The position numbers and the translations under genes are program-made. A stretch of DNA of 64,000 nucleotides from Lingula anatina (lineage: Eukaryota; Animalia; Brachiopoda): NCBI GenBank assembly GCA_051362555.1, contig CM120642.1, forward strand, positions 5,704,001-5,768,000. The letters run 5' to 3'. Positions 1 through 12,614 of the stretch are shown piece by piece. Below the pieces are notes generated by a model. That model was not told the DNA's origin. It ran no database searches and was given only the letters and a program-made list of their open reading frames with translations. Position 1 is the stretch's first letter. Every line of letters starts with the position of its first letter.

Positions 1-63
1 TAAATTGTTTTCATTTATTACATATAAAATGATTGATGACTATTATTTGTACTTTTGTTTTAG

Positions 64-859
64 GTTGTGTCAATTATAGGAGAGACAGCGATTAGTGGCT
101 TTCAGGGAGGAATCGACACTTTCGAGCAGAGTCAAAATGGCAAGTATACCAAAGTTATCATTCATCTTTAATTTTTATTATTTTAGTATTACATTATATT
201 CAACCATTTTTATGAAAAATTCACATATAATAATTAATAAGCGTGAAAAAAATATCAATTTTATGTTTACAGCTCAAACAATCACTACAAATGATGATGA
301 GGATAAACTACATTTTTCAGACATCAACTCAGGGGAATATGACATGATAGTGCCAGGGACACATGAGGCAAGCCATGTAAGAGAAGAGCCAGAAGGTATT
401 CTATTAATATCAGTAATCTTAAGACTTATTTTTTATATGCATAGAACAATGTTATTACTAATTTTTTAACATAAGTTATTTTTGTTACCAAAATAAATGT
501 TATGTTTTTGTTAATTTTTTTCAGAAATCCCAGCTACAGTACCACAAAGAAAAACATCAAGGAAGACAAGTAAGAATTTTTAAATATAACTTCAATAATA
601 ACCAGAGGAGCACACATTAATTGAAATGTGTTCTATAAGCAAATGGTGATTTAAAAAAATATGATTTGTATTACATTTTTCAGAGGACTGCAGACTGGAC
701 AAAGTGGTAGATGTTGAATCAGAGAAACTATTGTGTTTGAAGAGGTTGGTGGAGTTGGAAGAAGAAAAGTTACAGTTGAAGAAGGAAGTGTTTCAATTTA
801 AGAAAATGAAATGGGAGGCAAAGGTGGCCCAAATGAATTTGCAAACAATGCTAGAATGA
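64..859 (+). CDS. 3' exons of the Myb/SANT-like (NAIF1/MSANTD-type) accessory gene of a PIF/Harbinger transposon; 5' part lies outside the window
   Basis: Exons ~64-139, 273-395, 525-569, 684-859 join in phase: VVSIIGETAISGFQGGIDTF...acidic linker...C-terminal coiled coil (LKRLVELEEEKLQLKKE), TGA at 857-859. Convergent with the Harbinger transposase, a common two-gene layout. Confidence 0.7.
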
Positions 860-1390
860 ATGTTAATAAATATTTATTTACCTGTGCATGGCTCCTAGTT
901 GTTTTATGCAATAACTTGCAAAATGAAGGGGTTTTGAAATTAAATAAAAAATCCCAGTGACCATTTTACTGATTAAAAAAAAATTCTTGGAAATATGAAA
1001 TGTTGGCGTTTATAATATAAATAGGTAAAAGAGAAATAGGATTTTTAGAGATCATAATAATGATAAACAATTTGAATCTTAAATCCAAATTTGTTCAGTA
1101 GAATTTATAATACAACAAGATAAAAATGAGGCTACTCAAAGAAAATGAAATAAACTTATAAAATCAAGTAATGTGAAAGTTTGAAATGTCACTCCTTCAC
1201 TCAATTTAAACAACAGATGTCAAATATGTATCTGCTTTCATCACCAACACGTTTCATTGTGAGAAATTGTTAAATTTCAATAATTTTGGCATAGCTTTTC
1301 TGAGAAGGTTTGTTGGTGGGTAGTCCTGAAAAGGACAATTTGTTTCCAACTCCCACCGTAATTGGAAAACGGCTTAGAGGAGGACTGCCT

Positions 1391-4300
1391 CTAAGCAAAG
1401 CGCTCATTAATGAGTCGCTCACGACACTGGACCCCATCGGCTGGGTACTCTCCCAGAGGCACATCTTGACAGTTGTTGACACACGCGTCCACCTCAACAT
1501 CAGGCATCCCTTCCCTGATGCAAAAATTGTGGAGCCTGCAACATGCCAGGATGATGTTGGCACTGGCCTCTGGGGAATACATCAGGCACCCACCTGACTT
1601 GTGAAGGCACCTGAAAGCATTGTAAAATAAAGTATTGTTGAAGGCAGATTATATCTATTATTTTTTTGTGACAAATGACATGAAATATGATGATAATAAC
1701 TATGATGATACTAGGAACAATAAATTAATTGTTAACTTTTACAATATTGTTGAAGGCAGATTGATAATAACAGTAATAATACTAGGAATGATAAAATAAA
1801 TGTTTTAACTTTTAGATAGAGAAATAAATAACACACAAAGAAAGACATGCATAAAACTAAATTACATTACTAACACATTAAAAAAATCACCTGAAGCGGC
1901 TCTTTAGAACACCAAAAGCACGCTCAATGAGATTACGCGTCTTCATATGTGCCGCATTGTATGCAGCATCCGCAGTTGATGCCACATGTAATTTTGGTGT
2001 CATCAGCCAAGGCCTCAACACATAGGCTGAATCTCCGAGGATAAACCCAGAGGGCATGTCCCCTGACTCAAATGCAGTCCCCAGGCCAGACTGCCTCCAT
2101 ACAAATGAATCATGTGTGCTGCCTGGAAACTGGCACACAACATTAGTAAACCTGAAAAATAAAGCAACACTTAGTTTCTATGTCAAGTAACTTTCATAAA
2201 TCGGTCAAAATTTACAGTTTTTCTACTATATTTATCATATAAAAAATATCACAAATCAAATTGTCTGGGCTTTTAATATTAGTATAATATATTAATATAA
2301 GTTTTTTTCTAAATGTAGATCTTTGTAAATATGAATAAAAAAGGTTCTACTTACAAGAGACGGGCATCACACACTGCCTGAACATTAATGGCATGATACC
2401 CCTTCCTACACACGTACAAGTATTCATCATCATGGGGAGCCAGTATGGGGACCATGGTTCCATCCAGGCATCCCAGAACTCTGGGAAACCCAGCGACCCT
2501 GAAGAACTCTTGCTGTGTTCTTCTCACATCCACTGGGTCATGTGGGAAAGACACAGCAAGTTCAGGGTCGTCTGATGCAGCGATTGCAGCTGCCACAGCA
2601 GAGATTGCCCTTGAAGCCGCCGGCTGACTGATACCGTGCAGGTCACCGATTGCTGACTGAAAGGTCCCAGTGGCAAAAAACCTTAACCCCATAGAGCCTG
2701 ACAGCATCTGACCTAGAAAGTGCCCTTGGTCCTGAGCCCTCTACCCGTATGCACTCAATTGTACATGCGGACTCATTTAATCAATGATAATGTATTCACT
2801 TCTTTCGAAAACACCTAAAAACTGTACATTTTTAGAAAGCCAAGAATGTAAGCTTTAAAGTCATGTCAGTTTTTTTTTCACATTTGTTTTAGGTAGAAAT
2901 AGCAGGAGTTTAAATATGAGACTTGCTTTTCTCGAAGAGAAGTAAAAAACAAAACTTTAATTTCAGCATGCACATTCTTTTTCACTTTACCAAAGAATTT
3001 GTTGAAATTTTCTCACTAACATCCGAAATATGTTGCAAACAATATCAGAAAATTTCAGAAAGATATCTAATTTAGTTTTTGAGTTATAATAAATTTCCTG
3101 GGATGCGTGCTGTACCTAAAAACCTGCATCACGTCAGAGAGTTGCACAACATACAGGCAGGCTAGCTGACTAGAAGACTTCCACCTAATATTACTGTTAT
3201 CATTACAAATAGATTGTAAATTAAGTGCCTTTTTCAATAGTTTTTCAAAGTTTTTTAATCAACTGAACTAGGATACTCATAAAATTTTGTTTTGCACTCA
3301 AATCATATACAAGAATACAAACATTGTCATGAGCAAATATTACACTTTCATGAATAAAAATTGCATCATAAAAATACTAGTAAACGTGTCATTTGTACTT
3401 ATACACAAGCAGGAAAAGACATGTTGATACAGCGCACTAGTAAACATATTACATCTGTATTTATATACAAGCAGGAAAAGACGTGTTGATGCAGCACACA
3501 AGTAAACATATGTCATTTGTACTTAGGCATAAGCAGGAAAAGACATGTTGATGCAGTACAACGTAACATATGACATTTGTATTTATGCAAAGCAGGAAAA
3601 GACATGTTGATGCAGCACACAAGACAACATTTAGCCTGACTTGCCACGGAACGGTTATAGTCATTTTATCAGTAATATAACCCTTCCAATTACTGTTGTC
3701 AACTGCTTGGTTACTGCAGTTAGTATCATCAGCGTTTTTCATATATCAAGCCCCACGTCCGAATCTGCTCTCTGACAACTCATACTAGCCAAAGGTACAT
3801 CATCTTTGAAGTTATCGGAGTATCAAAATCTATCAAGGACTCTTCCCCGAAGTCTGAATTTACTAACAAATCTAGAATATTTCTCAACCCATAACTTCTG
3901 CTGACTTCTCGTCGCCATTTTGACTTCTTAGCGCCTCGACAGTGGTTGAAATAAATCGCTTTTTCATTATCTAATTCTCGCTACACGTCTTTCAAAAGCC
4001 GGTAGTAAACAAAAAAACTAACATTAAGTTAGTCTTGTGATAGAAGCATGAATTGTTACAAACGACAGGGGACAGTACAAGCATGTAAACACAGAAACCG
4101 CGTATATGCGGTTCCCGGCACTGAGGACTTTTTAAAATGAACCGCATATGTGCGGTTCCCGGCGCTATGGGGTTAAGGCAGTCAGAACCTGCTGCAACGG
4201 TGTCAGTGCCTTTGACCTCTTGGTTGGTCTCTCTAGGCCACCACCAATCAACTGCACCAGTTTCTGGATCCCCCGTTTGTTCAGGCGATACCTGGATACA

Positions 4301-4401
4301 ACCTCCTCGTCAGTCAATGAGTCCAAAGGATCGCTAGGGCGCTGCGCCACCACTCTCCTTCCATTTCTTCCTCGTCCGAGTAGCAGAAGATACGCAGCCA
4401 T
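1391..4401 (-). CDS. PIF/Harbinger DDE transposase (HARBI1-like), 3 exons, exon 1 split by a piggyBac-type insertion
   Basis: Exons 4401-4173 + 2682-2355, 2151-1891, 1610-1391 with GT-AG introns. Motifs LRFFATG, GCLDGT, RKGYHAINVQAVCD, PGSTHDS, LGDSAY, RNLIERAFGVLKSRFRCL, CCRLHN. Removing 2687-4176 restores VLTALRFFATG in frame. Confidence 0.93.
2687..4172. mobile_element. Non-autonomous piggyBac-type element (1486 bp)
   Basis: TTAA TSD at 2683-2686 and 4173-4176; TIR CCCCATAGAGCC / GGCGCTATGGGG; duplicated palindromic subterminal motif ACCGCRTATRTGCGGTTCCCGGC near 4097 and 4141; no intact transposase. Confidence 0.9.
3378..3630. repeat. ~61-bp tandem repeat, about 4 copies, inside the piggyBac derivative
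   Basis: Recurring AAGCAGGAAAAGACATGTTGATGCAGCAC core. Confidence 0.85.
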
Positions 4402-6654
4402 CGCTATCTTTGTTATGATATCATCGGTGCTGAATAGTACCCATAGTATGACCTACCACGCATGCGCATTTAGTTTCGACGAGCTTTCGATGAGCTTTCG
4501 ACAACGCTGAGGCTGTCGAAATTTTCATCGAAAAATTCGTTAACGATTTCGATGAAAAAATTTTCGATAGCTTCCAGAATACCGATTTTTCGGATTCGAT
4601 TAGGATTCGATGAAAAATTCGTTTTCGATAGCTTCGAGAATACCGCCCCAGAAAACGCATGTTTCACGTTCAACCCTTTATTCAATCTCCTTCTACTAGA
4701 GAATACGCATATAACTCTAATCAAGACAATCAACTGCACAACATCTCCATTCCTTTAAAAAATTAAATCTGCTTTCATCTCCTTTCCTTTAAAATTCCTT
4801 TCTTTTTTCTTTCTTTCTTTCTTTCTTTTTGAAACATACTATATCTATCTATATCTCTATATCATATATAACAATTTTAACTTTAAACATACTACTTTAA
4901 ACAGTTTTTGCAACTTAAAACTTTTAACATATCAACACAAAAATGGAAAAAGGGGTGGACTATCCCTTTTCCAGACAAAAGCGAGACATTAGGGATTATT
5001 CTGCCCTATATCCAGCGTCTCTTTTCTTGAATCCTTGTTCTGATTCTATCTTGAACTGATTCTATCAACATGCAAGTCAAATGTAAAAGAAAAAAAAAAT
5101 TAAACTAGCAATTTCAGTCTATGCACTATAATTAATACTAGTCTGTCTTTTGAGAAAAAAAATTAAGTCAAGTATCTATCTGGCCTTTTAACAATCCTGC
5201 CAGATCTTGTTTTTATTGGTGAATCAATTGAATTACTTTTCTCATTGGCACTTTGATCCTTTGTAACAGTTGTAACAGTCTCTAACTGAATTTCAGTCAC
5301 AATCTCTGGTTTAAGATCAGAATTCAATTCTTCTGGCTTCGAAGGTATACATTGAGCATCAGTGTTCTCAGTTTCTTTTGTTTTCCTTATGTGTTTCCGA
5401 TTTCTCCTGTACATTCCTTCCTCAGTTTCTATAAAATATGATCTTGGTCCTACTTTACTAAGACATTCACCTTTTTTCCAGGCTTGTTTTTCTTTGGTTC
5501 CTAGTGGCTGCAATCGAACAGCTTCTCCAATGTCCAATTCAGGTAGTTTCCTTGCATTTTTGTCATAACTTTGTTTGGCTCTTTTACGTTTGATTGTGAG
5601 GTTATCATATACTCCATCAATCAATCTTGGTTTTAACAATTCTTCTCTTGTTGGCATCTTTGTTTTTGTTCTCCTTGACATTAGTTTTTGCACTGGGCTG
5701 CTTCCAAACTTATCTGGTGTATTCCTCCATTCTAAAATAGCTATGTTCAAGTCTTGTTTGCATTTTTTCCTTGGTCTTTTTGCAATCTTGACTGCCGATT
5801 CAGCTTTACCATTCGCTTGGCTATGATATGGAGAGCTTGTTTTGTGTTCAAAACTCCATTCCTTTGAAAATTCTTCATACTCTTGACTGATAAACTGTGG
5901 TCCATTATCCGTTATGACTTCTTCTGGAATACCATGTCTTGCAAAATGAGCTTTAGTAGCTTCAATAACCGTGCTACTTGTAGTGTCCTCCAGCTTATCT
6001 AATTCAAAAAAGTCACTAAAATAGTCAACAGTTACTAAATAGTTCTCTCCATGCAAAGTAAACAAATCTTGGCCTACTTTGCTCCAGGGCAAAGTTGGTA
6101 ACTCGTGTGTCATCATTGGTTCTTTCTGCTGCTTGGCCTGATATTCATTACACACAGTGCATGTGTTTACTTTCTCAGCTATGTCCTTTGCCATGCCAGG
6201 CCAAAAAACAGTATCTCTGGCTTTACGTACACATGAGTCAACTCCAAGGTGACTTGTATGAGAACGAGTAATGATCTGGGGTCTCATGCTCAAAGGAATA
6301 AGTACTTTCATTCCCTTAAAAATCACTCCATCTTGCACTGTCAATTCATCTCTGTAAGTCCAATATTCTCTGATACATACAGGTACGTCTGAACGTTGCT
6401 CTGGCCATCTATTCATTACAGTTTGAGCTAACGTTTGTAGAACTGCATCTGACTGCGTACTTTGCTGTATCTGCTTATGCGTAGCATGTGACAGTGACAT
6501 GTGTTCCTTCTGTTTAATGTTTTCTATATCCTCACACAGCTTGTCTTCCTCTGTCATTTCGAATATGTAACATCTTGGAATTTCTTCTTTCTTCAGTTTC
6601 GCGCTTGGCGTCACATATGCTCTTGACAGCATACCCAGCGGGCAAATCAACATT

Positions 6655-7140
6655 GAATCAATGTTGAATCAACGTTGATGGTCAACGTTGAAACTATGTT
6701 GATATGACGTTGACTATGAAAGTTGACTCAACGTTGAACCATCAAGGTTGAATCAACCTTGAGGTATCAATGTTGAATCAACGTTGACGGTCAACGTTGA
6801 AACTATGTTGATATGACGTTGACTATGAAAGTTGACTCAACGTTGAACCATCAAGGTTGAATCAACATTGAGGTATCAATGTTTAATCAACGTTGACGGT
6901 CAACGTTGAAACTATGTTGATATGACGTTGACTATGAAAGTTGACTCAACGTTGAACCATCAAGGTTGAATCAACCTTGAGGTATCAATGTTGAATCAAC
7001 GTTGACGGTCAACGTTGAAACTATGTTGATATGACGTTGACTATGAAAGTTGAATCAACATTGAACCATCAAGGTTGAATCAACCTTGAGGTATCAATGT
7101 TGAATCAACATTGATACCTCAATGTTGAATCAATGTTGAA
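6655..7140. repeat. 109-bp tandem repeat x4 (left subterminal array)
   Basis: GTCAACGTTGAAAC recurs at 6681, 6790, 6899, 7008. Confidence 0.92.
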
Positions 7141-7465
7141 ATAAAGTTGAATTTGAAAATTGAATTAACGTTGATATATCAATTAAGCTATCACGATATT
7201 TGATTGAAATTTGCCTGATGGCTGAAGGTGTTCTCCAAGATATCAAGCATTTCTTGAAATAAAACGACTCAGATCTGAAACGGGGGGAAATTAGGAAAAT
7301 TACCTACAAAAAACACAAACAACAACTAATTTAACTATGAATATAATATATTACAAACAATGAACATACACTACATACACTAACTACATGTAATACTATC
7401 ATGTTGCATAAACTTTAACATTTGTCAAATACAGTTAAATTCTAACATATTCGTAGACAGTTAAG

Positions 7466-7664
7466 TTTTGAAGACGCAATGTCACAGTTTTACGAGTCCT
7501 TTTCTGTTGAACGTTCCTCCTGATAGTGTGGGGTTTTGAAGACGCAATGTCACCATTTTTTATGTCCTTATCTGTTGAATGATCCTCCTGATAGTGTGGG
7601 GTTTTGAAGACGCAATGTCACCGTTTTCCATGTCCTTATCTGTTGAACGATCCTCCTGATAGTA
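7466..7664. repeat. 68-bp tandem repeat x3
   Basis: AAGACGCAATGTCAC at 7471, 7539, 7607. Confidence 0.9.
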
Positions 7665-8239
7665 TGGCCTCACAAAGTACTGTTAATAAAGCACAGTTTT
7701 TGTACTGTAAAAGTGTTACACACTGTCCACACTCACGTGTTGCATCAGTTCATGTTATCCGGAGTCTCGCACTTAATAACAGTCCCGCACATACGGTAAT
7801 TACTCATAAAAATTAAACAACAAATTAGCTTTACTAAAATAATTATAACGTCACATCAGGTAGTTAAGATAATTTTAAGAATACAAAAACAAAGGGTCAC
7901 CAGTCTAATTTTTGCTCACAGCTAACTTAAATTTCCAGAAAATCAGGCATTTTTGGCTTTTTCAAGCTTTTTCTTCAACCTTGAGTAAAATTTTGTCAAT
8001 TTGCCATAAAGTAAGGCTGGTGACCCTGTTTTTTCTTTTTCTTAAAGATAACCTGAACAACAAAACTGGAAAGTTTAAAAAAAACTGATTGTCGACCGCT
8101 TTTTTCACAAAAGTAATTTTAATGAAAAAGGGGTAAAACAAGCGTTTTATGAGGGGTAATTACCCCTATGCGATCTCTAGTGAGATAATAATTTAAAACT
8201 ATTATCAAGGTTATGATTAAGGTAACGTTATAAAGTTAA

Positions 8240-8755
8240 GGTTGACCCAATGTTGAGATCCAGTTGATATGTCAACATTGACAAAGGGTTTACAAACACA
8301 GGTTGATTCAATGTTGAAATCCTGTTGATCTATCAACATTGAAAACTGATTGACAAAGAAAGGTAAAATCAATGTTGAGACCCTGTTGATCTATCAACAT
8401 TGACAATTGGTTGACAAGAAAAGGTTGATTCAATGTTGAAATCCTGTTGATCTATCAACATTGAAAACTGATTGACAAAGAAAGGTAAAATCAATGTTGA
8501 GACCCTGTTGATCTATCAACATTGACAATTGGTTGACAAGAAAAGGTTGATTCAATGTTGAAATCCTGTTGATCTATCAACATTGAAAATTGATTGACAA
8601 AGAAAGGTTAAATCAATGTTGAGACCCTGTTGATCTATCAACATTGACAATTGGTTGACAAGAAAAGGTTGATTCAATGTTGAGATTTTGTTGATCTATC
8701 AATATTGATGGATCAACATCATCTCAACCTATCCTCAATGTTGAATCAACGTTGA
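8240..8755. repeat. 122-bp (2 x ~61 bp) tandem repeat x4 (right subterminal array)
   Basis: GGTTGATTCAATGTTGA at 8301, 8423, 8545, 8667. Confidence 0.92.
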
Positions 8756-10555
8756 GTGCCCGCTGGGTATCTGCTATGTGCATTTTGGATCCAGGTAAGT
8801 ATTTCAAATTCAAATTATATTTCTGCAAACGCATCAGCATTCTCTGTAATCTCTTTGGTGTAGAGTGGATTGCTTTCTTGTATATGGAAATCAATGGCTT
8901 ATGATCAGTCACCACATTTATAACTTCACGACCATGCAAATATTGGTCAAATCGTGCACATGCGAGCACAATTGCTAGTAGCTCCTTTTCAATTTGTGCA
9001 TATCCTTGCTCCGTTTGTGACAATGCTCTTGATGCAAATGCCACAGGCCTTTCTTCCTGAAGTAGCGCCATCCCTACTCCTTTTTCTGATGCATCGCACT
9101 GCACTGTTACTGGTTTCTGAATATCATAATACTGAAGCACAGGTGCTTGTGTCATGGCCTCTACTATGGATTTGTATGCCTTTTCTTGATCCTTTTCCCA
9201 AACAAACATCACATTTTTCTGGGTCAATCTACGGAGTGGCTCACTCATCTCTGACAGAGACGGTAGAAATCTTGATAAATAGTTGACACATCCGAGAAAT
9301 CTCTGAACTGCCTTTACATTTTCCGGCTTGGGCATGTTAAGAATGGCATCAATCTTGGATGGGTCTGGCTTGACTCCATCTGGGGTGAAGAGATGTCCCA
9401 TGTATGTGACTTCGGTCATTTTGTACTTGATCTTCTTGGGATTGAATTTTAAGCAAACTTCGCGAGCACGTTCTAGAACTGCACGAAGATTCAAATCGTG
9501 ATCATTCTCAGCTTCTTCTTTTGTATCACCACTGCCATATACAAGAATGTCGTCTGCGATGACACTTACTCCTTTTAATCATTCAAGGGCTTGTTTCTGG
9601 CGTCTTTGGTATTCTTCGGGAGCTGAGGAAATTCCTTGAGGACAGCGCAGATATCTGTATCTTCCATAGGGTGTCCAAAATGTTGTCATGTAACTGCTTG
9701 ATTTCGACAGTTTAATCTGAAAAAATCCATCTTTAGCATCCAAAACAGTGAACACCTTGGCCTTCGCCAGGTCTGGCAATACCTCATCTACAGTCGGCAT
9801 CTGCAGTTTTGGCCTCTTTATTGCTTTATTCAAATCCTTTGGGTCCAAACATATCCTTAGCTTGTCACCCTTTTGTACTGCAACTAGACTACTTATCCAA
9901 TCAGTGGATTCCGTCACAGGAGTTATGATTTCCTGTTTCTCCATTTCGTCCAACTTGTTTCTCAACTTTGAACGCAGGGGCACTGGTACTCGTCTAGGAG
10001 AATGCTGCACTGGTGGTACATCAGGATCAATTTCTATGTCATATTCACCAGGGAGGCATCCTAACCCAGTGAAAACATCATTGAATTCTTCCATAATCTT
10101 CTCTTTAGTAGTAGTTGTCTTTCTGACAGAGTTTATTTGAAGCCATTGTTGCTTCAAACAAAGTTTTCCTCTGACTATGGGCCATGGTGCATCTTTAACC
10201 ACATCAAAAGTTTCTGTCATTACTGGACCACCATCTCTGCTTATCTTCAGTGCATAAGTTCCCAGTGGCTTGACAACTGTGCCATCAGAGAGTACAATGT
10301 TTCCTTTAGGAGGCTTGAGCTTCACATCCCCTGTCTGAACAATATCTTGCAGAATATTCAATGGTATCGCACTGCAGGTGGCACCACTATCCAACTGCAC
10401 TGGTATTGTACTCGGGTACTGTTCATGAAACATCATGGGCACTATGGTTTCATCTACCTTTCCACTGACTGCACTAATCATGCGTCTAATACTAAATACA
10501 GAGCTATCTGATTCCATGTCCTCTTCTGCATAGTGTAATTTTTTCATATCAGTTC

Positions 10556-12614
10556 CAGTGTTCATTCTAGGACGCGCCCTTGCGTCATTGACGCAGAAAA
10601 AATGTGGTTGACGCAATTCGTAGAGCGAGCTGCGCCAACAAAATTCAAGAGAATTAACAGCGGCGCATTTTTGTGTTCTAAACGCGCCCTCCAATTCAGC
10701 AAATTCACGGCCGAAGTTTGATTGTTTACTCGACTTCTCTTGACATCAAGATCTAATGTTAAACGTAACGAAGATATTCTTTACTCGTCGCAGTTTTAAC
10801 AAAGATCTTAATTTATGTTGACGTCATGCGCTTTATGCAAATCAGTGGCGATCGCCCCTCCTTTTTTGAATCCCTGATAGGCTGAGATTAATTGTCCATG
10901 TAGGTCAATTTGATCAACCCGTACATTGTGCATGGTGGCGGAGAAGTAGTGAAATGGTATTTTAAGTTTTTAAAAGAAAATCGATCCCGAAGATCACTCT
11001 AAAACGGCTCAGAACAGTAGCGACGGAGATGATCATGCACAGCAGACATTCCCACCAGAAAAGAGAACAAAAGTTTGTGCAGCCGTCACGACCGCTGATA
11101 CCGCGTCGAATAGCAAGGTCGTTTCAAAAATGGTGGAGAAATACAAGTGGCTTGTACACGACGATAACGCAAACTTGGTGTATTGCAGCTTATGCATTGA
11201 AAAAAAGGACAATATCTTCTTTCAAGGGACTAATAAATTTCGAACGAATACCCTTATGCGACATGAGACGTGCGCTGCCATGCAAGAAACGTCGGAAGCA
11301 GCTCAAGCTAAACAGGCTTTTTGCAGAGCTTTAGAAGGTAAGATATTATTTTTTGTCAATATTTTTTATAACACAGAGCAATAAACATCAAAGTGATTAT
11401 CGTGACGGTCCCGGACCCACGTGTTGTAATTATATTTGTGCAGTTTGAGGAACTCTTGACAGTGCATTCTGGGATATCGCAATGTTAAACAACTATGTAA
11501 ACAATGTGTTTGCTGCGTCGCATTGACATAGGGCGTCAAGCTCATGCTATTTCCCAGAACCTTATTTTTTGTATATATAGGTAAAATTTTTCACATTCAT
11601 TTTTCATAATTTTATTGTGTTGAGAGATTTGGTCTCAGTTCATGGTGATTAAGGGAAAAATAAAGTAAGGGATAGTGTGCTGGAGTATTCTTTGTGGATA
11701 CCTTCAACACTACTTAACATTTTATGCAGATTTTTATGCCAAAATTCAAATTTAATTGTAACTTTTATAACAATTCTAGGTAAAGATGGAGCAATCATGG
11801 CAGTGGTGAAATCGGTTTACTGGATTGTTTAAGAGGGCATTGCAATTCACAAGTTCGGAAGGACTTAAATGTTGTCTGGTAAACCTGGCAGCTAAATTGA
11901 AGAATTTCTCCTGAAAGTGGGGAAAAGGTCATTGTCAATTCTCCAGGGACCACCTTGTGACTTGTGCTAATTATGAGAAACAGTGCAAGGCAATACAGTG
12001 TCAATTCATTGACAATCTCATTAACAACATCAAAAAAGGAACAATTCTTAAAGTGATTTTTAGTAAGACCTATGTTTCTGCTGTCGAAATATGTGTGATA
12101 TCATTCTCAATCTGGTAGCTTTTTATCAACGAATTATATATCATTATCAGGGATGAGACAATTAATTTCATAAGTCATGAATGCATGCCAGTTAGTCAAG
12201 GATCATTGATAATGGGACAGGACAGAAGAGGTATAATTAAATGGATTTTTCATAAATTGAAGCCAAAAATGGGTTTAAAATGTCGTTATAGAAAGAACTT
12301 GGTTATTGGTGAATAAATCGTGAACATATTTTAGTGTTATCTTATACTTGTTAACAAAAATTGGAGCGTCAACTCAAGGGTTTTGTTTTAGAAAATTGGG
12401 ATTACTTATTGAATGTGATCACCTATTAGTCAAAATATTTTTATAATAATTTTTTTTCATCTCTGAACATAAATACCACAGCAGTAAAACAACATGCGTT
12501 ACATATTATAATTTCAAGATTTGAACAAGGGCCCACTTTAAAATGTAATGGCCCACTTTTTTAAATGTTGGGGGCCCTTTGTCCCACATTGAAACATTCC
12601 TAGAATGAACACTG
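10556..12614 (+). mobile_element. Internally deleted hAT-type transposon with a 6-bp TSD
   Basis: Perfect 16-bp TIR CAGTGTTCATTCTAGG; CAGTTC on both sides. Remnant coding has a TTF-type Zn finger (WVEKYKWL...VYCSLC...NKFRTNTLMRHE, ~11130-11338) and AIMAVVKSVYWIV*EGIAIHKF (~11781-11860), as in ZNF862-like hAT N-termini. Confidence 0.85.

Larger units (their letters stand above)
1..4648. mobile_element. PIF/Harbinger transposon (right end at 4648; left end beyond the window)
   Basis: End ...GAGAATACCGCCC followed by CAG (4649-4651), with TCGA-rich subterminal repeats at 4470-4640. The uninterrupted LTR copy at 14571 reads AATC-CAG-AAAACGC, so the insertion site was CAG (CWG-type target). Confidence 0.85.
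6634..8767. mobile_element. Non-autonomous CMC/EnSpm-type DNA transposon (2134 bp)
   Basis: Perfect TIR CCCAGCGGGCA / TGCCCGCTGGG, 2-bp TA TSD (6632-33, 8768-69), arrays of TCAACGTTGA-type palindromes at both ends. Excision restores RNase H HIADMLSR. The superfamily is inferred from CCCAG termini and the 2-bp TSD. Confidence 0.8.

Noticed and set aside
6655-8755. Regular palindromic repeat arrays resembling a CRISPR array
   Set aside because: Units are tandem near-identical 109- and 122-bp repeats with no unique spacers, there are no cas genes, and they lie inside TIRs in a eukaryotic context.
9579-9581. In-frame TGA in Mag RT as possible programmed readthrough
   Set aside because: It lies inside the RT core shortly before IADD, where Gly (GGA) is expected, and lacks a CUAG context; a simple nonsense mutation is more likely.
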